Below, piece after piece: positions 36,829-44,858 of a stretch of 46,423 bases of DNA. The translations under genes were made by a program, and so were the position numbers. The notes under the pieces were generated by a model. It made no database searches and had not been told where the DNA came from. It was given only the letters and a program-made list of their open reading frames with translations. Every line of letters starts with the position of its first letter. Position 1 is the first letter of the stretch. Source of the stretch: a virus. The DNA lies in the UHGV virus genome UHGV-0336137, one strand, 5' to 3'.

Positions 36829-37901
36829 TGGAAAAGATTATTTTTACCAAAGACTTGGTAGCCAACTCCGCAGTAGTGGCTGACCAGTGGAAACATCTGA
36901 CCATCGACCGCAAGATGTTCTGCAATGCAGAGGCTGAGCTGGCGAAAACCTACGGTGTGAACGCCACCGCGCTGGTAACGAAAGATTACTGGCGCGACGT
37001 GGATAACGTCACCACCCGCGTTTTCCGCAACGAAGCTGGTCAGGATATGATGGCTGACCTGATGGGTATCGCGGCAAACATCAATATCGGTAAGACTGTG
37101 GCAATCAGCCGCATTGCTTCCGATGCTGGTAAGGTTGTCCGCACTCTGTCCGGTCAGGAACCGGAAGATTTGGATAAAACTCGCTACGATTACACTGGCG
37201 ATGTGATTCCAATCTTCAAAACTGGCTACAGCCGCGAATGGCGTGAACTGCTGGGTATGCAATCTGAAGGCTTCGACCCGCTGCTGGACGATCAGGCTAA
37301 CGTCACCTTCAACCTGCGTTCCGATATGGCGCAGTACCTGCTGACTGGCGACCAGACTCTGAACGTGAACGGCGTGTACACTGGTTACGGTATCACCAAC
37401 CACCCGAACACCATTCAGGTTAACCTGAGCACCGATTCCCCCGGCCTGAATATCGACCTGCAAACCGCAACGCCAGATGAAATCGTGACCTTCTTCAATC
37501 AGGTTTTCCAGGCTATTCTGGATGCGCAGAACGTATTTGAGCAGGTGACTCTGTGGGTTTCCCCGGCAGTGCGCCGCAGCTTCATGCGTCCGTATTCTGA
37601 TGCTGCTGGCTTTAAAGGTGGCACCGTTGAGCAGTACATCACTCAGTTCGGCAATGGTCGCATCGGTAAGATTGGCACCAACTTCCTGCTGACTGGCAAC
37701 CATTTCGTTGGTTACGTTCGCAACGACATGTACATCCGTCCGCGTGTTGCTCAACCTGTTTCCACCTACGCAGCAGCCCGTACCAACCCGCACGATAACT
37801 TTAACTTCCTCGTGTGGTCAGCTTTTGGCCTGCAAATCCGTAAGGATTTCAATGGTCGAAGCAAAGTTTTCAACGGCTACGGCACGCAAACCGCGCTGTA
37901 A
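36828..37901 (+). CDS. major capsid protein
   Basis: 357 aa, high-expression codon usage, position after decoration protein, followed by a strong terminator; lambda E-like size. Confidence 0.75.
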   Translation: MEKIIFTKDLVANSAVVADQWKHLTIDRKMFCNAEAELAKTYGVNATALVTKDYWRDVDNVTTRVFRNEAGQDMMADLMGIAANINIGKTVAISRIASDAGKVVRTLSGQEPEDLDKTRYDYTGDVIPIFKTGYSREWRELLGMQSEGFDPLLDDQANVTFNLRSDMAQYLLTGDQTLNVNGVYTGYGITNHPNTIQVNLSTDSPGLNIDLQTATPDEIVTFFNQVFQAILDAQNVFEQVTLWVSPAVRRSFMRPYSDAAGFKGGTVEQYITQFGNGRIGKIGTNFLLTGNHFVGYVRNDMYIRPRVAQPVSTYAAARTNPHDNFNFLVWSAFGLQIRKDFNGRSKVFNGYGTQTAL

Positions 37902-37905
37902 AAAT

Positions 37906-37927
37906 AAAGGGGCGAAAGCCCCTTTTA
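37906..37927 (+). terminator. rho-independent terminator
   Basis: AAAGGGGC-GAAA-GCCCCTTTT. Confidence 0.6.
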
Positions 37928-37943
37928 ACTATCAGAGGTTATC

Positions 37944-38138
37944 ATGGCTAAATACGAAGTTATCGCCAGCGGAATCTTTGTCAAGGATAAAGACGGTCGC
38001 CTGCGTGAGCTTGCTATTGGCGATATCATTGACGAATCAAGCCCGCACATTGAGTCAAAACTTCGCCCGGTTAGTGAGAAGATTCTGGAAGTGGCAACCC
38101 CACAAGAATCGCAGCCAAAGGCGAAGAAAACTAAATAG
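37944..38138 (+). CDS. hypothetical protein (64 aa)
   Basis: AGAGGT RBS; lies between two terminators after the capsid gene. Confidence 0.4.
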   Translation: MAKYEVIASGIFVKDKDGRLRELAIGDIIDESSPHIESKLRPVSEKILEVATPQESQPKAKKTK

Positions 38139-38168
38139 AAAAGCCCCGCGAGGGGCTTTGGTTTATTT
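38139..38168. terminator. bidirectional rho-independent terminator
   Basis: AAAAGCCCC-GCGA-GGGGCTTTGGTTTATTTT. Confidence 0.55.
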
Positions 38169-38303
38169 TAGCGTGAACCAAACCTTATCTTCTTTTTCAT
38201 GCAAGTGGTCGCGCTCTTTTGGTTCTGGAAAATCCTTTGGGTCTAACCCCATCTCGCAAGCAGTATCAAAAGAAACATCATCTTCGTCAATGCTGTCACT
38301 CAT
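38163..38303 (-). CDS. small acidic hypothetical protein (46 aa)
   Basis: MSDSIDEDDVSFDTACEMGLDPKDFPEPKE...; starts 3 nt after the clamp-like gene stop; low support. Confidence 0.2.
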   Translation of the reverse strand: MSDSIDEDDVSFDTACEMGLDPKDFPEPKERDHLHEKEDKVWFTLK

Positions 38304-38305
38304 CA

Positions 38306-38842
38306 CTAAATCCTCATTGGCATAACGATAACTTTTGCAGTCTCTCCAGTAGGCGCACTGATGTTTGCGACGGCGGCGCTGGTGTTGCCATTCAACTCAA
38401 ATAGCACCGCTTCAAATTTCGGGTTAAACAACTTCGCCAGCTTCTCAACATCGGCAAGATATTTGGCATTGAAGCCAATCTGTTCTGCTGGCGCGGCCTG
38501 CTTAGGAATGATGCGATCAATATCAGGGTAATTGCCATCAATCTCTTCGCAGATACCAGCGCCAACCATCACGCCCGCTTTATCATGATACGTTGCAATT
38601 TTCGACTTTGTATCAATGATGGCGTACTCATAACGTTTTGTTGGTGACTTGCCAATCTTGATAATCACATTTTCTGTCAGATTATTGTCATGGCTGCCAC
38701 CAATGAATGCTCGATGACCGTCAGTTGATGTAATGCGACCATCTGGCATAAAGCAGATACCGTTCAGGTAGTAACGAACATCATTGCGCGCCTGAAATAT
38801 TAACGCTGATTCAAGTAATAGTTTGCTGATTTTTAGTTTCAT
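38306..38842 (-). CDS. DnaN-like miniature sliding-clamp protein
   Basis: N-terminus MKLKISKLLLESALIF...LNGICF...TSTDGHRAF resembles the start of beta-clamp domain I; ..IDGNYPDIDRIIPK.. resembles IDGRFPDYRRVLP; ..QIGFNAKYLADV.. and C-terminal ..KVIVMPMRI match the beta-clamp C-terminus (..VVMPMRL); only 178 aa. Confidence 0.5.
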   Translation of the reverse strand: MKLKISKLLLESALIFQARNDVRYYLNGICFMPDGRITSTDGHRAFIGGSHDNNLTENVIIKIGKSPTKRYEYAIIDTKSKIATYHDKAGVMVGAGICEEIDGNYPDIDRIIPKQAAPAEQIGFNAKYLADVEKLAKLFNPKFEAVLFELNGNTSAAVANISAPTGETAKVIVMPMRI

Positions 38843-39015
38843 CACTTCACCTTAATCATGTGCTGTTTTGCAACCTTCAGGCATTCTTCAAAAATGCCAC
38901 CCTTCTTTGCGCTCTGATTGCGCTTGTAATACTGAATCGCCGCATCAACTGCCATCTGGTCAATGTCAGACAGCTTGGCGCGAAGTTGTTTTTCGATGAA
39001 TTGTTCTGGGTTCAT
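38842..39015 (-). CDS. hypothetical protein (58 aa)
   Basis: start at internal ATG with GGAG RBS; between the HNH and clamp-like genes. Confidence 0.3.
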   Translation of the reverse strand: MNPEQFIEKQLRAKLSDIDQMAVDAAIQYYKRNQSAKKGGIFEECLKVAKQHMIKVK

Positions 39016-39037
39016 TTTATTGACTCCATGAATGCTT

Positions 39038-39538
39038 TCACGAATTCCGCTGCGACTTGCGTAGATATTCCACTGCTTTAAAAAGCAACACTTCATCGTC
39101 CTTGATTACTCCAAGCATATGGTTGCATCCCCGACACAGTAACCCCCTGACCTTACCTGAAGCGTGACAGTGGTCAACGTGCAGTTGATGAGAATATCTT
39201 TCACCAGGTTCATCTCCGCATATGGCGCATCTGCCTCCTTGAGAATCCAGCATCTCGACATATTCTTCTTTGCTAATCCCGTACTTTCTTTTTATGTGTC
39301 TCCACCTATCTCTATCTTCATTAACGCCGTACCTCTCCTTTTCGTAATTCGGATTTTTATCTCGCCATTCCTTTGTTTTCTTCGTTCTGCACTTAGTACA
39401 TTTTGAGGTGTAACTTCCCCTGCGCTTATCAAACGTAAACTCGGAAATAGGTTTTTCTTCGGCGCACTCAGAACAAGTCTTCAATAGCCCCTCTGAAAGC
39501 GGCGATGAATTCGGCAGCGCACTGGGGTACGATTGCAT
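39038..39538 (-). CDS. endonuclease VII-family HNH endonuclease
   Basis: ..GISKEEYVEMLDSQGGRCAICGDE...LHVDHCHASGKVRGLLCRGCN.. matches the Endonuclease_7 signature; ATG with AGAGGA RBS lies 71 nt inside the Dcm 3' end, so the start is uncertain. Confidence 0.55.
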   Translation of the reverse strand: MQSYPSALPNSSPLSEGLLKTCSECAEEKPISEFTFDKRRGSYTSKCTKCRTKKTKEWRDKNPNYEKERYGVNEDRDRWRHIKRKYGISKEEYVEMLDSQGGRCAICGDEPGERYSHQLHVDHCHASGKVRGLLCRGCNHMLGVIKDDEVLLFKAVEYLRKSQRNS

Positions 39539-40490
39539 TGCCGTATCCTCTGAGGCGGGCAACGCGCGCCGGGATGTCTCTTCCAAGCGGGAATCCGATT
39601 TCTTCAAAGGCTGCTGCAACGCACGGATCGCCGCTATGTCCCATTCCGCCGGGAACCCCATCAACCATCTGCTGTGTCCAGGCCTCAACTGGCCTGAACT
39701 TTCCATCCCGGCATCCGATCCAGTCAGCATCTGACCAGAAGCCGTGATGCGGATTGGTTGCGTTATCGCTGCAAAATCCTGCAGACGCTGTTGTATCTTG
39801 CTCCCGTCCTTCCGATACATAGTTAGTGCGTTTTCTGGTGCAGCAGCCCTGTCGTTGCTGTTCGCAGTTGGGCTGGGCAATGCGGCCAGCTTCGCCTGTC
39901 CGGGTAGCTTCAGGCATATCTTTCTGTCCTTCCCGCTGTAGCAATGCGTGCTGCCAGTTGTATCGTTCACTATTGGTGTCGCCCAGTTGCATCGCGCCGA
40001 AGAAAAGTCTGTCGCGTTTGTGTGGTGCACCGACGCTGCACGCTGGCAATACTGCCGACCCGCAGGCGTAGCCTTTGTCTTCCAGGTTAAGGAATACAAA
40101 ATCGAGCCAGTGCTTTCCAATTGCTGCCGCAACCTGCTCTCCAAACAGCAATTGAGGCTTGCACTCTCTGATGAGCCTGAGAAATGCTGGGGCAAGGTGC
40201 CGCTCGTCGTCAAATCCGAGAGACTTACCGGCAACGCTAAACGGCTGGCAAGGTGGTGATCCTGTCCAGAGCTGAGTGCTTGCTGGTATTCCAGCCAACT
40301 GGAGTGCAAGGGGCCACCCTCCGATTCCGGCAAAGAAGTGACACTGTGTAAATCCTTCCAGGTCTGAAGGGGTGACTTCGGTGATTGATCGTTCATCGAC
40401 ATATCCGTAAGGAATTAGTTTATTGTTAATTAACTCTCGCAGCCACGCCGCTGCACTTGCGTCCCATTCGTTGTAGTAGCTGGCTGTCAT
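39468..40490 (-). CDS. DNA (cytosine-5)-methyltransferase
   Basis: motif I FFAGIGG, motif IV GSPPCQPFSVAGK (catalytic PCQ), motif X-like GNAIVP; ATGA-coupled to the ParB-like gene stop. Confidence 0.8.
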   Translation of the reverse strand: MTASYYNEWDASAAAWLRELINNKLIPYGYVDERSITEVTPSDLEGFTQCHFFAGIGGWPLALQLAGIPASTQLWTGSPPCQPFSVAGKSLGFDDERHLAPAFLRLIRECKPQLLFGEQVAAAIGKHWLDFVFLNLEDKGYACGSAVLPACSVGAPHKRDRLFFGAMQLGDTNSERYNWQHALLQREGQKDMPEATRTGEAGRIAQPNCEQQRQGCCTRKRTNYVSEGREQDTTASAGFCSDNATNPHHGFWSDADWIGCRDGKFRPVEAWTQQMVDGVPGGMGHSGDPCVAAAFEEIGFPLGRDIPARVARLRGYGNAIVPQCAAEFIAAFRGAIEDLF

Positions 40491-41305
40491 CACAGCTTCT
40501 CCAGAATAGCCAGAACTTCACCCAACTCAGCGGAAGGAAGGCGCAAAAATTCTTCTGTCTCCTGTGCCACATGACCCTCAGCGACAACCATATGGTCTGC
40601 TTCTTTCAGCAACTGAATCAGGCGGTCAATCGGCTTAACTTTTTTGGCCTTGAGCGTTTTAGCCGTCACCTTATCTTTGCCCTGCGCTTTCGCTTCCTCA
40701 ACGGCGGCATCAATAACGTTAACGGCATCATCGCCATGCTCACGTGCGACCGCAACGGCGTTGGCATAGCTGATTTGGCCTGCATTGATACGCTGCTTGA
40801 TGGCATCAGGTACATCACCAAGTGACAGGTGCATTTGCACATCAGACACAGAGCGCCCGACCTTCTTGGCGATTTCTTCATTCGTCCACCCGAACCCTTT
40901 GAGGCGCACATAAGCCTTTGCACGCTCAAGCGGGTCGAGTTGCTTGCCCTGACTTGAAGACACCATGAAGGCGATTTTATCCGCCTCATCGCCGGTGAAG
41001 TCTTTGCACTCAATTCGCGCAATTGGCACGCCGCGCTCAATGGCACGCAGTGCTCCAAGGTAACGATGCTGGCCGTCAAGAATCTTGATGCGCTTTCCGT
41101 CGGCATCAGGAATAACAGTTAACGCCGGGATTGGCTGTCCTGATTCCCAACACTGCGCGAAGTATTCAACGTGCTGCTCATCGGCTTCGCGGATGTTGTA
41201 CCCCGGCTCAAGGTAAAGCTGGTCGACAGGGACCTGATAACCTTTGTTGACCACGATTCCGCCGCGAGTTTCTTTGTCTGAGTAAATTTTTCCGAGAGAT
41301 GTCAT
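40490..41305 (-). CDS. ParB/Sulfiredoxin-domain protein (ParB-like nuclease domain)
   Basis: ..KRIKILDGQHRYLGALRA.. ParB N-terminal box; start moved to ATG (MTSLGK) with GAGGGA RBS. Confidence 0.6.
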   Translation of the reverse strand: MTSLGKIYSDKETRGGIVVNKGYQVPVDQLYLEPGYNIREADEQHVEYFAQCWESGQPIPALTVIPDADGKRIKILDGQHRYLGALRAIERGVPIARIECKDFTGDEADKIAFMVSSSQGKQLDPLERAKAYVRLKGFGWTNEEIAKKVGRSVSDVQMHLSLGDVPDAIKQRINAGQISYANAVAVAREHGDDAVNVIDAAVEEAKAQGKDKVTAKTLKAKKVKPIDRLIQLLKEADHMVVAEGHVAQETEEFLRLPSAELGEVLAILEKL

Positions 41306-41313
41306 CTTTCCCT

Positions 41314-41429
41314 CACTTTGATAAACAGATTGCACTGGCAATGGCGAATCCGATAACGATTAACGCCAGCTTGATTTTGAACTTATCCCACGCCTTCAGG
41401 TCTTCTTTTCGTATTTCGTGGCGGATCAT
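41314..41429 (-). CDS. 38-aa membrane peptide
   Basis: ATGA-coupled to the upstream gene; single TM LALIVIGFAIASAICL. Confidence 0.25.
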
Positions 41430-41719
41430 TGGGGTTCTCCGAGTGCTTTTGCGATTGCGGCATAGGCCTTGCTCAAGGCAGTGGCATTCCTTTTTGTTGG
41501 CGTAGTGAAGACTACAAGCATCTCCAGAGCCTCCAGCAATTCCGGCGCAGCGGCCATCATTCGTTGGTTGGCAATTTGAACCTCAACCTCAGGGTCAAAC
41601 TCAACCCAGCCGACAGGAATAATCACTCCATAAGACTGGTCGTCATCTGTTGATTTTGGCCCTATTGCCCTGCTGTTATCTCCAAACCACGGCCCCGGCG
41701 TACCTTTGAATTCATTCAT
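41426..41719 (-). CDS. hypothetical protein
   Basis: first gene of the ParB/Dcm operon; start placed at the third in-frame Met (GAGGTGA RBS). Confidence 0.4.
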   Translation of the reverse strand: MNEFKGTPGPWFGDNSRAIGPKSTDDDQSYGVIIPVGWVEFDPEVEVQIANQRMMAAAPELLEALEMLVVFTTPTKRNATALSKAYAAIAKALGEPQ

Positions 41720-41744
41720 CCTCATCACCTCTAACATTTATTGT

Positions 41745-41805
41745 TGTTTCTACGTCATCACTATAGCGACACCCTCAATCTGCGTCAACACTTTATGATA
41801 AAATT
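41745..41805. promoter_or_regulatory. divergent promoter region: element variants TTTCTACGTCA (about 41747) and AATCTGCGTCA (about 41777) leftward; extended -10 TGATAAAAT (41796-41804) rightward
   Basis: between the ParB operon (-) and the head-tail joining operon (+); TGATAAAAT is identical to the lysis-operon promoter box. Confidence 0.45.
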
Positions 41806-41949
41806 AAACCAACAACACTCAACCCGCGCTGTTCCGTGCTGAAAAACGTAAGGCGGCGAAATTGGATATAGCAATCGGCGTTATCGTCATGGCGCTTTCG
41901 CTGGTTCAGGTGTACAGATGCTGGAAGTTCATCATTCGGAGAATAATTA

Positions 41950-42237
41950 ATGAGAGACGCGCTTCAGCACGCCGCAAACCAGATAATTAGTGGCACTGTC
42001 GGCCAGGTAATCGACAAAGCCGGTTATACCTCCATCGGCACGGGTCTTGGCCTGAAGGTGGCAGAGCAGACGCCGGTCGCACAATCATACATTGCCTCAA
42101 TGATCCCCCATTCGATTACCGAGTGGGCAGCGGTAGCCTCTATACTTGGCGCGCTGTCACTGGCGGCAAAAAACCTTTTTGAGATGTGGTGGAAGATTCG
42201 GGAGAGCAAAAAGAATGGCAGCACCGACAGCAAGTGA
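41950..42237 (+). CDS. hypothetical protein with one C-terminal hydrophobic segment
   Basis: 95 aa; CGGAGA RBS; about 140-nt leader from the promoter at 41796. Confidence 0.4.
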   Translation: MRDALQHAANQIISGTVGQVIDKAGYTSIGTGLGLKVAEQTPVAQSYIASMIPHSITEWAAVASILGALSLAAKNLFEMWWKIRESKKNGSTDSK

Positions 42238-42607
42238 ACTTGTCGCCGCCATGGCGTCAAGAGGCGTGACTATCACCACAGCAGACGCAACGGGAATCCT
42301 GTGTCTGGTGGCGAGCATCACAGAGTGTCTTGAGCTTAATTACCCTGAAGACACATGTAGGCAGGATGCAATTCTGCTATGGGCCTCAATCCTTATCGCC
42401 TCAAATACAGCCGGAAGATACATAACCAGCCACCGGGCGCCATCTGGTGCGTCGCAGTCATTTGGCTATGGCAGTAAGCCGTGGATGGCCCTTTACAATC
42501 AGATGAAGCTACTCGATACGGCAGACTGCACAGGCGACCTTGTAGAAGAGCCTGATGGGGCAGCAAAGCCGTGGTTTCGGGTTGTTACCGGGAGTAACTG
42601 TAGATGA
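42215..42607 (+). CDS. putative head-tail connector / head completion protein (position-based)
   Basis: 130 aa; first of four small genes between head and tail modules. Confidence 0.3.
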   Translation: MAAPTASELVAAMASRGVTITTADATGILCLVASITECLELNYPEDTCRQDAILLWASILIASNTAGRYITSHRAPSGASQSFGYGSKPWMALYNQMKLLDTADCTGDLVEEPDGAAKPWFRVVTGSNCR

Positions 42608-42725
42608 AAACGTCAATATTAACTGTAAATATCGCAATCCGTAAATGGTGCATGCCGTTGCTGGTTATTCTGGTATTGCTGCGCCTTCCTGTTCCGCGCT
42701 GGATTTATACTCTTGAGGCCGCACC

Positions 42726-43070
42726 ATGTCAGCGATAGCTAGATGGTGCTATACGCAGCCATGCACAATCTGGCGGCTTACTGGCAAGGATAAGTATGGC
42801 AAGCCAACATTCGCCGCGCCAGAGTCCATCGTGTGTGATTATGGCTTCGATAAGAATCTGACCACCGGCACAGTTGGCAATGAGATTGCACAGAAAAACA
42901 CATTCTGGACGGAATATCAGAATGCGTCTGTTGGCGACTTCATCATGCTTGGCATCATTACCAGCGCTGACCCGCTGACCGCCGGAGCTGACCAGATTAG
43001 AAACGTCGTGAATTACGGCGACACACTAAATCGCAACGACCTGCCTGATTTTGCGCTGGTAACGGGGTAA
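42726..43070 (+). CDS. putative head-tail adaptor protein (position-based)
   Basis: 114 aa. Confidence 0.3.
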   Translation: MSAIARWCYTQPCTIWRLTGKDKYGKPTFAAPESIVCDYGFDKNLTTGTVGNEIAQKNTFWTEYQNASVGDFIMLGIITSADPLTAGADQIRNVVNYGDTLNRNDLPDFALVTG

Positions 43071-43174
43071 TGTATGAGCAGAAGAGAGAGACTTTTGAAG
43101 TGCGCGCAGCTTAATCTTGACTTGATGCGGTTAGGCGTCAAACCCATCTGGCAACTGCATTACTGGATGAAATA

Positions 43175-43591
43175 ATGGCCGCCAAAATGCGAGGTATCCA
43201 GCAGGCGATCAAGCGCACTCAGCAGATTGTAGGCGAGATTACTGGTGAGAAGGCGGTATCAGCAATAAAAGCCGCCAACTACATCATCAGGACTGAATCG
43301 GCCTCCATGACGCCAGTGGCCACGTCAGCTCTGATAAACAGCCAGTATGATACTGTTGAGGTTAATGGCACTCGCATAACTGGCAAGATTGGGTATTCCG
43401 CTAATTACGCCCTGTATGTCCATAATGCACCAGGTAAATTGCTTGGCACGAATACTCCGCGCACAGGGAGACTTAAAGGAAAGGGAAATGTATGGGATAA
43501 GAGCGGCGAGCCTAAATTCCTTCTCAAGGCTGGCGAAAACACACGCGAGCTTGTCGATCAGGTAATTAAAAAAGAGATGACGCTAAAATGA
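43175..43591 (+). CDS. putative neck / tail completion protein (position-based)
   Basis: 138 aa. Confidence 0.35.
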   Translation: MAAKMRGIQQAIKRTQQIVGEITGEKAVSAIKAANYIIRTESASMTPVATSALINSQYDTVEVNGTRITGKIGYSANYALYVHNAPGKLLGTNTPRTGRLKGKGNVWDKSGEPKFLLKAGENTRELVDQVIKKEMTLK

Positions 43592-43971
43592 GAGATATGC
43601 TTGAGCTTGTTGGCCAGTACCTTAGCGATGCCGGTCTTTATGATGGGTGGACTTCTCAGCTTGAGTTCTGGAACGATACCGAAGTTGGCACAGACCGGTT
43701 TATGGTGCTGCAATCCAATGGTGGTACGAACGTAAGCAAAGACCTCAGCAATGATTATTATTTTTCGCTCTATGTTGTCGGCCAGCGGGGTCAGTACAAC
43801 ATCGAGGAGACAAAAGCAAAAGCGCTTGATGTCATCGCATACATCAAGGAGCATCCCGTTGATAGTTGCATTGGCATGATTCAGTTGCAGGCTCCGCTTG
43901 GACGCCCGACGCTCACAACGGAACAGAGACCGGTTTATGAATTGTTGCTGAGGGTTGTTTTTGGTGAATAA
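43588..43971 (+). CDS. putative tail terminator / tail completion protein (position-based)
   Basis: 127 aa, ATGA-coupled; last gene before terminator. Confidence 0.35.
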   Translation: MRDMLELVGQYLSDAGLYDGWTSQLEFWNDTEVGTDRFMVLQSNGGTNVSKDLSNDYYFSLYVVGQRGQYNIEETKAKALDVIAYIKEHPVDSCIGMIQLQAPLGRPTLTTEQRPVYELLLRVVFGE

Positions 43972-43997
43972 AAAAAGGCCGCTAATGAGCGGCTTTT
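43972..43997. terminator. bidirectional rho-independent terminator
   Basis: AAAAAAAGGCCGCT-AATG-AGCGGCTTTT. Confidence 0.55.
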
Positions 43998-44181
43998 AAT
44001 AGTCATTACTACATAATAAATAATCAATGGCATCGCCAAGAGATTCGAATCTGGCATCATATCTCCCGGCAGGATTTGCAACAATATACCACTTCCCGAC
44101 CTTTGATATACCAGCAATCCTACTGTTATTTTGGTCAGCTATGCGCCAGTAATCATCGTGGATTTTTTGGATTTGTATCAT
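43996..44181 (-). CDS. hypothetical protein (61 aa) co-transcribed with the tRNA cassette
   Basis: ATG with GGTGAG RBS 16 nt downstream of the last tRNA. Confidence 0.35.
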   Translation of the reverse strand: MIQIQKIHDDYWRIADQNNSRIAGISKVGKWYIVANPAGRYDARFESLGDAIDYLLCSNDY

Positions 44182-44196
44182 TGCGCTCACCGAATA

Positions 44197-44274
44197 TGGT
44201 TCCCGCGACAGGATTCGAACCTGTACTCATCCGATTATGAGTAGGGTGCTTTAACCAGTTAAGCTAAACGGGAA
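44197..44274 (-). tRNA. tRNA-like sequence, possibly degenerate tRNA-Met/Ile2 (CAT anticodon)
   Basis: canonical T-arm ACAGGTTCGAATCCTGT, D-arm GCTT/AAGC, 3' CCA and loop CTCATAA, but the anticodon stem pairs poorly and the acceptor has a 7:66 mismatch. Confidence 0.4.
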
Positions 44275-44276
44275 TT

Positions 44277-44353
44277 TGGCGCACCATACTGGATTCGAAC
44301 CAGTTACCGATTGCTTAGAAGGCAATTGCTCTATCCTGATGAGCTAATGGTGC
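44277..44353 (-). tRNA. tRNA-Arg (anticodon TCT)
   Basis: 77 nt; acceptor GCACCAT/ATGGTGC, D-stem GCTC/GAGC, anticodon arm ATTGC-CTTCTAA-GCAAT, T-arm ACTGGTTCGAATCCAGT, encoded CCA. Confidence 0.85.
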
Positions 44354-44359
44354 TGAATG

Positions 44360-44447
44360 TGGCGGATAGTACAGGATTCGAACCTGTGAACCGTTTCCGG
44401 TTTATCGGTTAGCAACCGACTGCTTTCGGCCTCTCAGCCAACTATCC
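44360..44447 (-). tRNA. tRNA-Ser (anticodon GCT), type II
   Basis: 88 nt; acceptor GGATAGT/ACTATCC, anticodon arm GTCGG-TTGCTAA-CCGAT, long variable arm AAACCGGAAACGGTTC, T-arm ACAGGTTCGAATCCTGT, CCA. Confidence 0.8.
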
Positions 44448-44858
44448 GTGGTGTTGTGGTGTCCGGTGCTGGCATCCGGCATAAGGCGCTTATTCGGCGG
44501 CGTCGAGCTTGCTTATTCGCTTGAGCCATCCTCGTGAGTCAGCCACGTCCCACTGCGCATCAGCCTGCGCATTGACCACAACGGAAAGAGCACTCCAGGA
44601 CTTACCACACGTACTTTTGCGCATAGGTCGTCACCAGTGCGGGCGTGTCCCCTGAAGCTACCTGACAATGCTCTTACCTGTTGTGTGCCCATTATTAATC
44701 ACACCGGGCCAGTGCGCCGAATTCATTGACAAGGAGTCGGAAGACCTTGCTGGTGTTTAGCCGTTAGGCTACTGCCAGATACATTTCTTCGTTTGCATTT
44801 ATCTTTGTGGTCAGTTTCTAAAAACCCGCAAAGTCGCACCGAAAACTATCTGCCATTA
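44448..44858 (-). other. about 410-nt non-coding leader between the leftward promoter element and the tRNA cassette (candidate structured RNA, cos/pac or origin)
   Basis: no ORF of 60 aa or more on either strand; GC-rich with direct repeat CTGCGCAT x2. Confidence 0.3.

Noticed and set aside
37708-38325. 205-aa plus-strand ORF 37708..38325 spanning the capsid gene 3' end, two terminators and the 64-aa gene
   Set aside because: It runs through two strong intrinsic terminators and overlaps better-supported genes. It starts within the capsid gene in another frame.
39538-40402. N-terminal 288 codons of the 454-aa ORF 39038..40402
   Set aside because: They are entirely out of frame within the well-supported cytosine methyltransferase gene. 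Only the C-terminal part (39038..39538) carries the endonuclease VII motif and has an RBS.
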